NCBI RefSeq assembly: GCF_028641065.1
Contig: NC_073398.1
Coordinates: forward strand, 28,334,001 to 28,398,000
Length of the DNA stretch: 64,000 nt
Reading direction: 5' to 3'
From: Leucoraja erinacea
Lineage: Eukaryota
Below, one piece after another: positions 27,208 through 39,740 of this stretch. The notes beneath the pieces are model-generated. The model saw only the letters and a program-made list of their open reading frames with translations. It did not search any database and was not told the origin of the DNA. Made by a program: the position numbers and the translations under genes. Position 1 is the first letter of the stretch. Each line of letters opens with the position of its first letter.

Positions 27208-27567
27208 CTGTACACAAGACAAATAATGATTTACAACAACCTGATACCCTTACCATCGCAAAAGGACATTCGATCTCATTACATTGTTCCTATTCCATGC
27301 ATTATCTATCAAGATTTACAGTAAAGTGGTTTTTATGCAATGATAGCCCATATTCTTCAACGATAATCGCAAACCTATCTACCGATAAACCTTGGGTTTC
27401 TCATTCTCGATATTGCGTAAGGCATAATTCTACATTGAAGGCATTCATCTTAACAATTATCGATGTTCAAGTCAGTGACAATGGAATCTACTGCTGTGAG
27501 GTGATTCGGTTGGCACCACCGCCAACTTTAACAGGCAATGGAAATGGCACCCTACTGAATGTAACTG
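27208..27567 (+). CDS. VJ-C1 receptor, exon 2: VJ-type IgV domain
   Basis: LQQPDTLTIAKGHSISLHCSYS...VKWF...LTIIDVQVSDNGIYCCEVIRLAPPPTLTGNGNGTLLNVT: canonical C, W, DxGxYxC and a J-like GxG G-strand. 360 nt, phase 1/1. Confidence 0.92.
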
Positions 27568-28376
27568 GTAATTATTTTTTTAATTCTTTAAAAAGTGTTT
27601 TGGCAGTTTTACTTGGAACATTAATGCAAACTTTTGCAGCAATTAACTTTGTACAGTTGTGTCAGTTATATGAGAGATGTGTCAGATATGATCATCGCAC
27701 GGCAGTGAGTTAGCTCTAAATCAGCATGCTGGCTGAAGTTCTTAATTTGTCCTTAGTGGTCTGGAATAGGAAGGTTTAGGACACATATTTTTGGCAGGTT
27801 GGACCTGCTTTTGAGATAACAAATAAAAACAGGAAACACTGGATATAATGGAACAGGCAGAGCCTGCAGAAAAGGAAACAGAATAAATATTTCATATCTT
27901 TCTCCTTTTGTCAGAACAAGGAAATATTTGAAATTACTTTTTGTGTCTGTTTGTGTGAAAATTGAAGGTAGCATGATTTATCAATTTCAATGATAACTAT
28001 CTATACTTCCAAATGATATTTATCTTATTAAGGACTTTATTTTATTCATAGCTTTCACTGTTGTGAGAAATAAAGGAAGTTTAACTTAATTTTCATCAAA
28101 AGGCACAAATATAGGACTAACATCAGTCATGCTTGTTCTTACAGCAGTAGAGTGGTCTGAATTAGACATGAGGCCAAATGGACAGTGTAGTTGTGCTTGA
28201 TTTAGATTGACAGTGAGATCATTTCAAGTTAATTTATCAGCAAAGAGAGGAAGCACAGTAGAATCGGGCATAGTCAAGGCTTATAGCCAAATCAGACCAG
28301 AATCCTAATTTATGATGCTGTTATACTAGAGACAGGAATTTAATTGACATAATGAACACATCATGGTTACAAAATA

Positions 28377-28550
28377 GACACAAAAAGCTGGAGTAACTCA
28401 GCAGGACAGGCAGCATCTTTGGCGCGAAGGAATGGGTGATGTTTCGGGACAAGACCCTACTTCTTGACCCGAAATGTCACACATTCCTTCTCTATAGAGA
28501 AACTGCCTGTCCCGCTGAGTTACTCCAGTTTTTTATGTTTATCTTCGGTT
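28377..28550. repeat. Palindromic Penelope-pLTR-derived repeat
   Basis: GCTGGAGTAACTCAGC...GCTGAGTTACTCCAG inverted arms. Similar fold-backs occur at about 40760-40920, 45975-46110 and 62913-63100. Confidence 0.75.
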
Positions 28551-29759
28551 TAAACCAGCATCTGTAGTTCTTTAACAGAATGGTAACAAAATATTTTGCT
28601 TTAAATTTACAGCACAGCGGAGACCTTTTGTCCTTTGTATAAAAGCTATGTTTTATTCGTGCTGTACATTTTGCACATACCATCATGGTTGACAAGTATC
28701 GGATTTTGTTGCATTTTGCTACCGAATGTATAAATTGTGTCAATATTTAATTGGTACTTTATTGTCTCAATTATGGTATGTGCTTAATGGTCAATTCTCT
28801 ACTGCTTATGGATCAGCTTTGAAGAAACAGAAGAGAAAATAGAATCTTTATGAATGTCAATTTTCCTGATTAAGATCTACAAAAATCCAACTGGCTCATT
28901 TATGACAAGAAAAAATGAAAGTAGATTTGCATCTATTGAAGGCTGCAGCAAACACATCTACCTTGAAGATAAACAAATAAGTAACTTTAATTCAGTTCTT
29001 CTCTGATTAACCATTAGAATGGATTGAAAATGATAACTAGACTGTTGTATTAAATGACACTCTTATGTGGAGTGAGGAAGCATTTAGGATTTGGTTGTTG
29101 GTTGTAGTATTGTGTGAGAACATAGTGGTTAACTTCAATTGACATCGATGGAAGAGGAAATTTGAAAAGGCTGATACAACCAAAGCAAGAGGCCAAGAAT
29201 GATCGTGGAACAGCATAGTCAACATGATCAAGACCCACAGTCAGAGAAGGCCAATTAAAATAAGTGAATGAGTAAAACAAAAAAGAAGCACATTACTATA
29301 CACATATGTCTGAAGAAGGGTCTCGACCTGAAACGTCATCCATTCTTTCTCTTCAGAGATGCTGCCTGTCCCGCTGAGTTACTCCAACATTTTGTGTCTA
29401 CATAGTATTCGAGTTAGGTTGGAAATGCGTGAAAGTGGCTAGTTATATGTCTGTCCTTACAGGATTGGAACAATAGTGGGAATAGGATGGTTGGGATGGG
29501 GATGAATGCTTTAGAATGAGGAAATAAGAGCAAAACATTTTGTATAATTATAGAGCTTCATATATATTTGTAGATTAAGCAAACAGAAAATATTCAGGTG
29601 TTCAGTTCTGCATAGAAAAATCATAACTGATTTCAAGAAATGTATATTTATAATTAGTACTGTTTATGTAATTAAATATGAACCTCAGTACCTTTGTAAT
29701 TTGGATACCTTTGAAGAATGATATGCCACTTCAGAATTATACCATTGCTAATCTAACGA

Positions 29760-30360
29760 AAGCATGATCATGTTTCACACCTTTTGGCCTCTCTCCACTG
29801 GCTGCCTATTCAGTATAGGATTCGTTTTAAAATTATTTTATTTACTTTTAAATCCCTAAGTGGTCTTGCCCCGTCCTACCTATCTGAGCTTCTTCACCCT
29901 TATTCGCCCTCCCGCTCTCTCAGGTCAGATGATCAGCTGCTCCTGATTGAGCCAAAGACTAAGCGGAAGCTCAGAGGGGACCGTGCCTTTGCTGTGTCGG
30001 CTCCGAGATTGTGGAATGAATTGCCTCTGCACGTTAAACAGGCCCCTTCTCTAGCTGTTTTTAAGTCACTCCTGAAGACATATCTGTTCTCCATGGCCTT
30101 TGTAGACCAGTGAGGTGTTAAATTGTTTATTAACTTTATTTGCTTGGTTTTGCTGCGTTGTTCGTACTCGTGTTTTATGTTTTTTAATTTATTGTTTGGA
30201 TTTTTGTATGTAATTTATGCGCCTCGTGTTAGTTGTATGTTCTGTTGTTCTGCCTGTTTTATGATGTCTTGCTTGTTTTCTTTTTTCTGTACAGCACTTT
30301 GGTCAGCTTTGGTTGTTTTTAAGGTGCTTAACAAATAAAGTTGTTATTATTATTATTATT
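29760..30360 (+). mobile_element. L2 LINE 3' end in intron 2 of the VJ-C1 receptor
   Basis: LASLHWLPIQYRIRFKI...GLAPSYLSELL...LRS.D...GDRAFAV.APRLWNELP...FKS.LKTYLF, then the 3' UTR TGTACAGCACTTTGG...AATAAAG and a (TTA)n tail. Confidence 0.93.
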
Positions 30361-30384
30361 AATCTATCTTTTTTTTATTACCAG

Positions 30385-30699
30385 CTTGTCCTTCTTTTCG
30401 GCTCATGGAATCTTACGACAAGATTTCTTCTTCACCATCAATTATCATTACATGCTTAGCATATGGGTTTTATCCAAATATTATTACATTTTGGATACAA
30501 CCAACCTGTCTCACCTACAGGCTCATCAGTACAAGCAACTCAACCAATCCCAATGGAACCTATAACTACAATGCAACGTTTAGCATCTCCACAGAAAATT
30601 GCTCCAACTCCACTGAATTCATGTGTGTAGTTCAACATCCAGCATCACAGACCGAGCTAAATGTTACTATCATCATAGATGTTCATACAGTTGCTCAAG
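30385..30699 (+). CDS. VJ-C1 receptor, exon 3: C1-set Ig domain
   Basis: ITCLAYGFYPNIITFW...NPNGTY...FMCVVQHPA shows the C1-set signatures CxxxGFYP, NxxGTY and FxCxVxH. 315 nt, phase 1/1. Confidence 0.92.
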
Positions 30700-32199
30700 G
30701 TAGGATGGTATCATAAAATTAATTCAGCAGGAAGGCCAACAAAGCCCCTGCTGGAATGTGTTGTAAAATAAATGCTTTACTAGATATAAAGAAAGTGTGA
30801 TAGAAATAAAGAAGGCCAAATTTACTTTTTTTAAATCAAATCAAACTCACTTTATAATATTACCTTATTAACAGGCACACCTTATTTTTCTGGCTAGCTA
30901 ATTGTTGTTTCCCACTTGAATTACTTCCTTGACATACAATCTCTGCTCTTCCTGATTTATGACACCCTCAAAGGAGGCACAGTTTTATTTCCTGATATCA
31001 ACAAAATGATATCAAGAAATAATGTTGTGCCTCCTTTGTGGAAATTAACAAAAATGTATAATTATGTGATTGTAATCAGAATAAGAGTTCACACGCTAGA
31101 TTCCTGGTGAAGAACCATGCATACTGGGGAAAGAAATGTTTAAAGCAAAGCCGCCAGACTTCTGGAGTTTAACATTCAATTCTGGAAATTAACAGGTTAA
31201 CATTCCGGCTGCTGCAAGCTGAAGAATTAAGAGAAAGCTTATCAGTGCTCTCTATCCGATGTAGAATTCTTAACCCAAAAACCTTCATTACGATAAACTA
31301 CATGTAAACACTGTGACTGCGAAATACTGCCATGAGTGTCCTTTGTTTAGGTAGGATCTGATGCCCTGTGTGAGCTGCTTTGCCTGTGGCTGCTTAGGGC
31401 TCCATGCCAACAAATTTATACATGTTGGGTTCCTTTCAGGCCAGAGCTGGAAATAGTCATGTTATTTCCTGATTTGCCGTCCACTTTTATTGAAGGGAAG
31501 TCACCGTTGCCTTCCAGCAGATCACATATTTGTTCTTGCTAGAGACAAGCAAGTGGATTGAGCACACACATTTGGAATGGTTGTTGTCTTCTCAATGCTG
31601 CTGAATGTCATTGACGCACCCATGCTGCATTGCAGGATTCACATATCAACACAGGGATGTACCACAACTGGTATAAAATTTATTCCCTTAATAGCCAGTG
31701 CATGCACAAGCATACCCAGTATTCTGGCAGCAGTATAAACACCTATATTCTTTGGTGATGCACTGTGTTTCAGTGCTTGAGCATCAGCAATAAACATAAA
31801 ATTGGCAAGTGGAAACAAGGACATTAAGCTGAACATATGATGCCGCAACACATGGATAGTATGCATATTATGAATATCATGCCGGCATATACAGTCTGAT
31901 GGAAAAGACAGTCATAGCATCACATGGCCACCAATGGATTCGGGGATGACAAGGCCCTTCATTTCTGCCATATAGGTAGCTCCTCACTTACCAGAACCTT
32001 CTCAAATGGCTCAATCATACCATATTAGCAGAATTTTTGTGATAAACTAGATTAAGTGGGACCCGTTGGCTCCCTGTCACACGGATGCAACCGGTTCCCC
32101 AACACAATAGTCCACTCACCCGTTCCCCCAATGCAACCTGTCCCCCCAACTCAATATTGCACCACTCATGCATAGCCCTCAACTGCGCAGGCACGGCTC

Positions 32200-32660
32200 A
32201 TTTCCCCTCATCCCCCAGCACTCCCTCCCCCTCTTCACCCTCCCTCTTCTTTCCTTTCTCCTCCCCAATCCCTCCCTCACCTCTCCCTCCATCTACTTTC
32301 CCCTACCCTCAGTCACTCCCTCCCTCCACAACTCCTCTCCCCTCCCTACCCCCCTCCTATCCCTCTATCCCCCACTCCTCACCTCCCCTATTCCCCCCAC
32401 TATCCTTCCTGACCTCCCCCACTGTCCTCGTCTGCCTCTATTCCCCACTCCCTGCCTCTCCCCCCCCCCTCATCTCCCTCTATTCCCCCCCTCTCCTTAC
32501 CTCCCCCACTTTCCCCCTCTCCCTCACTACCCTTTCCTCTCCCTCAATCCCCCCACTCTCCCTCCTCATCTCCCCAGGATCTTTCCCCTCTCCTCCTCCC
32601 CTCCCCAATCCCTCCCTCTCCTTTCCCTTACCCTCAGTCACTCCCTCGCTCCATCCATAA
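32200..32660 (+). repeat. Polypyrimidine (C/T-rich) low-complexity tract
   Basis: About 460 nt of CCCT/CTCC/CCCA runs. Confidence 0.9.
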
Positions 32661-34049
32661 AGAGCAGCATCTACAGTTCTCTCCTCCACAGGTCATCCAT
32701 TGTTAGATGTGGTTTAGATCCAGTTGACATGACGATTGGACCAGTTTGCATCGTGTGTGTGAGTTACTCAAACTCCGCGCAAACTGCTCAGCCACTCTGC
32801 AACCCGACTCTAGTAGAAGCAATGTGACACACCACTCTGAGAGCTCAGGAAATTTCCTTTCTACTTTCAGCTTAATTCACTTGGCAACATTCTAATTCAA
32901 GTCTGAAGTTTAAACTCCATTAATGGCATATAAACATTATCCCGGAAAACATTCCATCCATACATGATCTGGTGTACATCATGCTGTTGTTTTCCAGACA
33001 TTGTTGAGTATGAATCAGCCACGATATTTACCTTTGTTACAATTCAAGACATTTATTTTAGTTTTTGTTTAGTTTATTATCACATTTACAGAAAAACATT
33101 TGTTGCGTGCTATTCAGTCAGCAGAAAGACAATACATTATTACATTCGAGCCATTTACAGTGTATAGATAGATATATGATAAGAGAATAATGTTTAGTGC
33201 AAGGTAAAGCCACCAATACCCGTTCAAGGATAGTCTGAGAGTCATCGAAGAGGTGTATATCTATATATATATATAGATATACACTTATTCTAATTACGTT
33301 AAACTTTTTTATTAGAAATTTTTTATTAGAAATTTTAATTAGAAATTACATATATATATAGATATAATTTCTAATTAAAAAGTAAAACATGTCATTAGAA
33401 TAAGGATCCAAAAGCTGGGTTTGATTCTAAACTAAATTGAGGAATTACAAAACTTTGTCACTTTACATGACCTAAAAATTGTGCAAACATTTTCCACACA
33501 CATTTCCATTTCCTCTATTCATAAAAAAACATGTTTTGTGGTTTTTGGTGTTGTGCTATTTCTAAAGGTCAGCAAATAGATCTTTTAGTTCAGTTTATGT
33601 ATGACCAGGTCTAATCCAGTCAAATAACTTTGTGCATTGTTATTTTTAAAGAAAATGAAAAGCATAAACCCCGATCTGGAAGGTGAATATACTGATGAAA
33701 TAATTCAAATATGTTAAAGCATTTAAAAATAAATTAACTAAGAATTAGTGAAATCAAATAACTTTATGTAATCAAAATTAAAGATATCACTATAAAATAA
33801 TTTCATAAACTAACAGCAAGAAAGAAAAGGACTTAAATGAACATAACAATTGAAAATAGTTATAGAAAATGGAAAACCTGAGCACAACATTTGAATGGAG
33901 AGGTGGATTGATTTTTAAATGTGGTGGAAGTTATAAATAAAAAGCCTTCAAATGTTTGGTCCCAAGTTCAGATCAGATTAGTTTATTATCATCTCCAAGA
34001 GGGTGGTCCTTGTTTATTGTTCATATGAAGCTCACAGTGTATCAGTAAA

Positions 34050-35010
34050 CATACACTAATGATAAATACAACAATATGACGACGAGAGTAAAACAGCAGA
34101 ATTGTACACGATTGTCATGCAAAATCCATGTAATGTAAAAGAATATTAAAATACAAAAATAGAATAATCAATGAGATAGAGCATCTCTGGAAATGGGGTG
34201 TAAAAGAGATGATTGTTTCAGGAGTCAGTTAGCAATGGGGAAAGTGGCTCTTAATTCTGGACATCTGGGCTTTCACGCTCCTGTATCCTCTCACAGAAGG
34301 TAGAAGGGGGAAAAAGGAATGGCCGGGACAGCAGGTACACTTGACAATACTTCCAGCCTACCTGATGCAATGCACCATGAGGGTGGACTGTATGGAAGGA
34401 AGAGACAAGCCTGTGATGGACTGGAGATACAGGTAAACAAAATAACCATTGCAGGTCAGGGTGAGTGAGTCTGAAGAAGGGTCCCGATCTGAAACAGAGC
34501 CTACCCATCTTCTCCAAAGATGCTGCCTGACCTGCTGAGTTACAGTACTCCAGCATTTTGTGTCCTGTGATGGACTGTTTTGTGTTCAGTACTCTCTGCA
34601 GGTTCAGATGGTCAAGAACAGAGCAGATCCCATACCATTCTGAGATGCACCCTTCACAATGCATCCGGTAGTGCATCTATAGAAGTTTAAGAAAATCCTC
34701 ATGAAAAAGACATGTTGAATCTTCTCAGGCACATAAGAGAGTAAATGTATTGATGAGCTTTCCTGATCACTGCATTAGTGTCAAAGGACCAGGTTAGGTT
34801 GTTGCTGATACAGATACAAAGAAACATTAAGCTGTCGACCGTCTTCACAGCCGCTCAGTTAATGAGGACAGGGTTGGGTTCATCCCCTCGCCAGCCCTAT
34901 TTCCTTAGGTCAACGATCAACTTTGGTAACAGTCCTGGGACTAGATAATGGAATCGCCAAATGAGGAAGAGTTAAGAACCTCTGTGAAGGTTTTGTGTAG
35001 GTGGTGCTCA
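34050..35010 (-). mobile_element. Degraded Rex1-like LINE
   Basis: GCISEWYG.CS..D...LQRV on the minus strand. Confidence 0.6.
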
Positions 35011-36064
35011 TCTCCGCTGCACAACCTCAACCATAAATAGACTTACCCTGAAACTGTAACTTGTCATCAGCGATAGAGATATTTTGGGAGAGCTGTTTTC
35101 AGAAAGATGATTTCCGCAATCTTTCAGAGAACCATTCAGATCCACGTCTTTGTCAGATGGACTTTGCTTTTTACAAAACTGTACGCCCTTGCTTTGCTGA
35201 ATGAGGTAATCTGCTAACCCATTCTTGTTAATGTTATATTATAAAGCAGAAAAGATCAATCATTAACATGCCATCCTGATCATTGCCAGTTGGACCGTGA
35301 AAGCTCAGACATAAGGACTTAATAACAACAACTTTCCCATTGCTATCCAACTCCTGAACTAATCATCTCATTTCACACCCCTTTCCCCAGAGGTGCTGCC
35401 ATGTAATCTTATTCTTAACTCTATCTCACTCGGTTTTCCACTTTTACACTTTTTTGTACTATTTTCTGATTGTACTATAATCTTTACACCATTCTCATGT
35501 TTTGCATTTGCCACTGCATTTATTGTTCATGTATTTATTGTTTACTCTATGAGCTTCATGCAAACTAAGAATTTCAGTGTCCTGCTGGAGTCTATAACAA
35601 TAATCTAATCTGTATTTTCATTATTTTGAACAACAAATGAAGCCTCACTCTTTGAGAACTTTTCCCAGGATCTTCATTGGCTTTTCAGGCCCAATGGGTT
35701 TTTACAAGTTGAAATCAAACTCCAGTTTTTATCAAATTCAAATGGGGTGAAATGGCATTATTAACTGGCCAAGCCAAAATATTCTGATTGATAACTTAAA
35801 TTATATTTGTACAGAACTTTGTACATTTATACAAAAGGAAAACGGCTTTGAGACGACGCAAACTATAAATTATTATTAATACTGCAATTATACTTTGGTA
35901 ATGATTAATTGGAAGAGAAAAGAAAGTGTAAAGTGCAGGGAAATTAATAGTTGTAAAAAGTTTCTATAAATAAAATGATTAAATGTATTGAACTTGAAAT
36001 CGTTCTGGAGAGTTGTTTAAATCGACCATGCATAACGTGATTTAACAATTCCAATTTTCCACAG

Positions 36065-36163
36065 ATCATAAATGGAGTACCTGGATTTCCATTTTACTTT
36101 CCATAAGTGGAGGAACAGCTTGCCTTTTCCCTCTTGTGCTCTTCCTTATAAAATGTGCATGCA
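36065..36163 (+). CDS. VJ-C1 receptor, exon 4: transmembrane
   Basis: DHKWSTWISILLSISGGTACLFPLVLFLIKCAC. 99 nt, phase 1/1, CAG acceptor and GTAAGT donor. Confidence 0.85.
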
Positions 36164-36635
36164 GTAAGTGACTTCACAGCCAACTTTCCCAAAAGCAAAC
36201 AATCCAGTTTTAGGTGTGATCCTGATTCTGTACAGTGATTCTCCCTTCATTAATTCCGTGTTTGCATCTATTGTCCCACTTTTTAAAATTGACATAATAA
36301 TATGAAGTAAATTATTAGATATGTCTACTTTTGAAGCTACATAATATATTCCTAACATGACATAAGATATCTAGTATTATGTTGATTCACATGCTTGATC
36401 AATGGTGTTTTATCATTAATGTTTTATTATTATTGTTTAGTGTTTTTTGAGTCGTTCGTAACTGTCAATGTATGTCATGTTGTTACTTGAGGGCAGAGCA
36501 CGAAGGTAAATTCCTTGTGTGAATACTTGACCAGTAAACCTACTTACTTACTTACTTACTTACTTACTTATAATATAGTTCACTTTACTACAGACTTTAA
36601 AACTAATTATTCCACTTCATTATTATTTCTCATAG

Positions 36636-36706
36636 AAAGGAAAGGAATGCAAGAGCAAACAAGAATTCAAAGTAATCGAACTTTGAACCTTGAATGGAAT
36701 AACATG
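36636..36706 (+). CDS. VJ-C1 receptor, exon 5: cytoplasmic
   Basis: KRKGMQEQTRIQSNRTLNLEWNNM, starting with a basic stop-transfer cluster. Phase 1 to 0. Confidence 0.78.
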
Positions 36707-36799
36707 GTAAATATTTGATTTTTTTTTAAAGATAATGTATATTTAGTCTTCTTTGGTTACTTATTCAACGCAAATGTTGGACTGTCTGTCCCTTCTCAG

Positions 36800-36844
36800 A
36801 ATTCTCTGGGATTTCCACATAAACAGACCAAGAGAAGCAGGCTT
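36800..36844 (+). CDS. VJ-C1 receptor, exon 6: cytoplasmic
   Basis: NSLGFPHKQTKRSRL. 45 nt, phase 0/0, CCTTCTCAG acceptor and GTGAGT donor. Confidence 0.72.
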
Positions 36845-37704
36845 GTGAGTTTGAATGTATGTATGACAATGTTTAATAGCCTGATGTGGACCTTGGATAC
36901 TCCTGCAAAGTTTTAATTGCAATTACAAAATCAAGCAAACAGCTAATTAGAAATAGAAACATAGAAACATAGAAAATCGGTGCAGGAGGAGGCCATTCAG
37001 CCCTTCGAGCCAGCACCGCCATTCATTGTGATCATGGCTGATTGTCCCCAATCAATAACCCGTGCCTGCTACTAGTAGGCTAGTCCTGATACTATGTATC
37101 ACATGGTGAGGAAACAGTAATTAAATGAGTGATCCTATGGATTTTTTGGTAAATAGTGTAACAATAATAAATGAAACAAAACTAGGTGATTCATCAATGG
37201 TAATGCCATTAAATGTCAAGGGTAGGTGGTTACTGTCACACTTGTTGGATATGGTCAGTGCAAATGGTTAATTTCGCTTGAAGTGGCAAACGATTGTTGG
37301 GCATAGCACATTGCCTGGAGGAACCCCTGATGAGATATCTGATGACTGGTATAAGTGATCAGCAGCAAAGTACCATTTTGCTTTCTTTGAAGTATGATTG
37401 CATATTGGAGTGCTTTCTCCTTGATGCCCATTGACTTTTGACTGGCCAAGGATCTAGAATATCGTACCTGGCCATCTGCAAAGTCAATCTTCTCACCTCT
37501 GAAAGGTGATGAGGACAGGAGCTGTGAAAATCTGGCAAAACCTAAACTGGACATCAGTGAACCATTTATTAGAAAGTCAGTGCAGCTTCACTGGCGCTTC
37601 TCAATGCTTTGTTGATGACTGAGACTAAGATGACTGAGAACATGCTGAGTGGTTGGCACATTAAACCATTAGAAGTTAATGCACTGTGTTTTGCTATTTT
37701 GTAG

Positions 37705-37848
37705 AATGAAACCAATGAGGAAGAGATCTGCTATGCCAAACTGCAATGGGCAATGACACGGAGAGCTAGAAAGGAGGAGGAGGAGGAGGAGACTGTGTAC
37801 AGCCCGGTTCTTCAGTGGAAGACTAATGGAGAGGGCAGCTGCAAATAA
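37705..37848 (+). CDS. VJ-C1 receptor, exon 7: ITIM + ITSM, stop
   Basis: NETNEEEICYAKLQW...EEEEEETVYSPVLQW...CK*. ICYAKL fits ITIM and TVYSPV fits ITSM. TAA at 37846-37848. Confidence 0.85.
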   Translation, partial: NETNEEEICYAKLQWAMTRRARKEEEEEETVYSPVLQWKTNGEGSCK

Positions 37849-37865
37849 TGAAACCATTCAATACA

Positions 37866-37885
37866 AATAAACGTGCTTGAATAAA
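37866..37885 (+). terminator. Candidate polyadenylation signals of the VJ-C1 receptor
   Basis: Two AATAAA hexamers (37866, 37880) just after the stop codon, followed by T/GT-rich sequence. Confidence 0.55.
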
Positions 37886-38814
37886 CCTTGGATCAAACCT
37901 TTGCATCCAAATCTTCCTATGTGATCATTCTCAATGTATTTCTCTTAATTCTGTTTACTTTGTTGATTAGATGCAATTCATGTTTGTAGGTTTTCCAACA
38001 TTCCTCTTTGAGCTGTGCTTGGGTGAATATTTTGCCTGTTTTGTATGAGCTGCCTTTGAGCTCCTTTCACCTTTATGGAAGTTCTAGTTTTGTCATCAGT
38101 GGTGTCCCAGTGTCATGTATTATTATGTGCAAGCATACAATCATGTGCATGTAACCTAAAACAATGATTATTTTAGCCACTGTGTAAATATTTTTTTTAA
38201 GAATCTTTAAAACCAAGTATCTAAGTGCTTCAGCTAGAATTAAATATAAATCCTAACAAGGACCAACTTGCTGCGATTATTTCCCTGCCCACTAACGCAC
38301 ACTCTTGGAGTAAATCACAGATGTGAAACTCTTCAGGTCAGCTGATATCAGGTGAACACAGCAAAGGCCAACACAGCCAGAAAGACCTTTGTGTTTGTAA
38401 CGGGCAACTCCACCCACAAAACGACTTTGATAGGCAATTGGACGTGCACAGATTAAGCCCCCAGGAGTCTGCAGCTCTTGTGTGGCCAAACTCAAGAACC
38501 GATGGATTCAGGGGGAGCTCGCTGAGCCAGTTCGTCACAGCCAAACTCAAGACCTGGCAGATCCCCACTTTATGGGTTACATATAAGAACAAAATTGAAC
38601 TGCATCACCATCTAAAAATTTTACTTCTACGTTGAGCCATGTTTTTAAAGATTGCCAAGGCTTACTGACATTCAGTGATCACTCTATTCACATATTGAGC
38701 ATAATCGTCACACCAGCCTACTCTGCCCCAAACCCCACTCCAAATTCCACTTTAAAATTAGTACTGCAGTCAAAAGCGGTTACATTTGTCAGCATCTGAT
38801 CTGCAGTAAATTTC

Positions 38815-39740
38815 TGAATTTTACTTCGGAGTCACATGAGTGACTACTTGAAGAAGGCCGTCCTGGCGCACGCGCGTCATCTCGTCAGACGCATTGCGCT
38901 GCGACCGCGGTAAGAGGACGGACCTCCAAGCGGTGAGTGCAAGAAAACCTGAATGTTAGTATTTTACTTTCATTTCAGGCTGCTTTCCTCCGTGGAGACC
39001 GCGTGCAGAGACACAGGCAAGTCTTATGTATGGAGAAGGGTGGGAGGAAGAATGGTAAGTGCACCGCAGTAAGCACTCAATAAGACAAAGTGTCTGAGAG
39101 TAGCGGGCGCCCGACTAAAAAGTCGATTGTAAAGAAATAACTTTTACACGGGAGAAAAAGTCCCGTTGTAACTCCCACAGGAAACTGGTGAAGGAACAAG
39201 TTGTTTGTACCCGCATACATAATATTGGCGTACGATCCCAGGATGTGGAGGACATGGTTATTCCCACAAGGGGCAAGGTACAAAGAGTGACACCAGCAAA
39301 TCCTGAGGTAGGTGGTTCTGGTTCTGAGACAAACATATCAAATGTGTCCTATTCACAAATTGGGGGAAAATTACAATTCTTCCTAATAGAAGGGCAACAA
39401 ATAACATCTGATGCCTATATACTGTGCCGTATAATGGGGTTTAGAATTGAATTCTACCAAAAAATGAAAATTCCCCTACTCAACATATTCCAAAACGAAT
39501 TCATGTTCTCTAAAGAAGAGATTAGAATTATTCAAGTAGAACTTGACATATTGAGTAAAAAAGGGGTAATTGAGAAAACAACTTATCAAAACCACCAGTG
39601 CATATCTAGTATTTTCTCTATACCTAAAAAAGGATGGTGGCAGTAGAATCATTCAGACCTTACAAGTCTCAACCCTTTTGTACAGTATAAACATTTCAAA
39701 ATGGAGACATTTACTTATGCTTTGCAGTTAAATTCAACAA
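38815..39740 (+). mobile_element. DIRS-type retrotransposon fragment
   Basis: GGKLQFF...ITSD..IL..IMGFRIEF...L.KKGVIE...ISSIFSIPKK, then after frameshifts DLTSLNPFVQYKHFKMET, the DIRS RT N-terminus. Confidence 0.8.

Noticed and set aside
27208-30699. Rearranging Ig/TCR locus (V, J and C segments)
   Set aside because: V and the J-like strand lie in one exon ending at a splice donor, no heptamer/nonamer RSS is visible next to it, and the tail carries ITIM/ITSM rather than a charged TM.
32085-32827. Long Pro/Ser/Leu-rich ORFs (possible mucin-like stalk exon)
   Set aside because: They are a translation of a C/T low-complexity tract, with no convincing splice sites. The C1 and TM exons already join in phase.
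33254-33385. AT-rich palindromic stretch as a functional hairpin
   Set aside because: It is explained by (TA)n and short TTATTAGAAAT duplications, and nothing else suggests a function.
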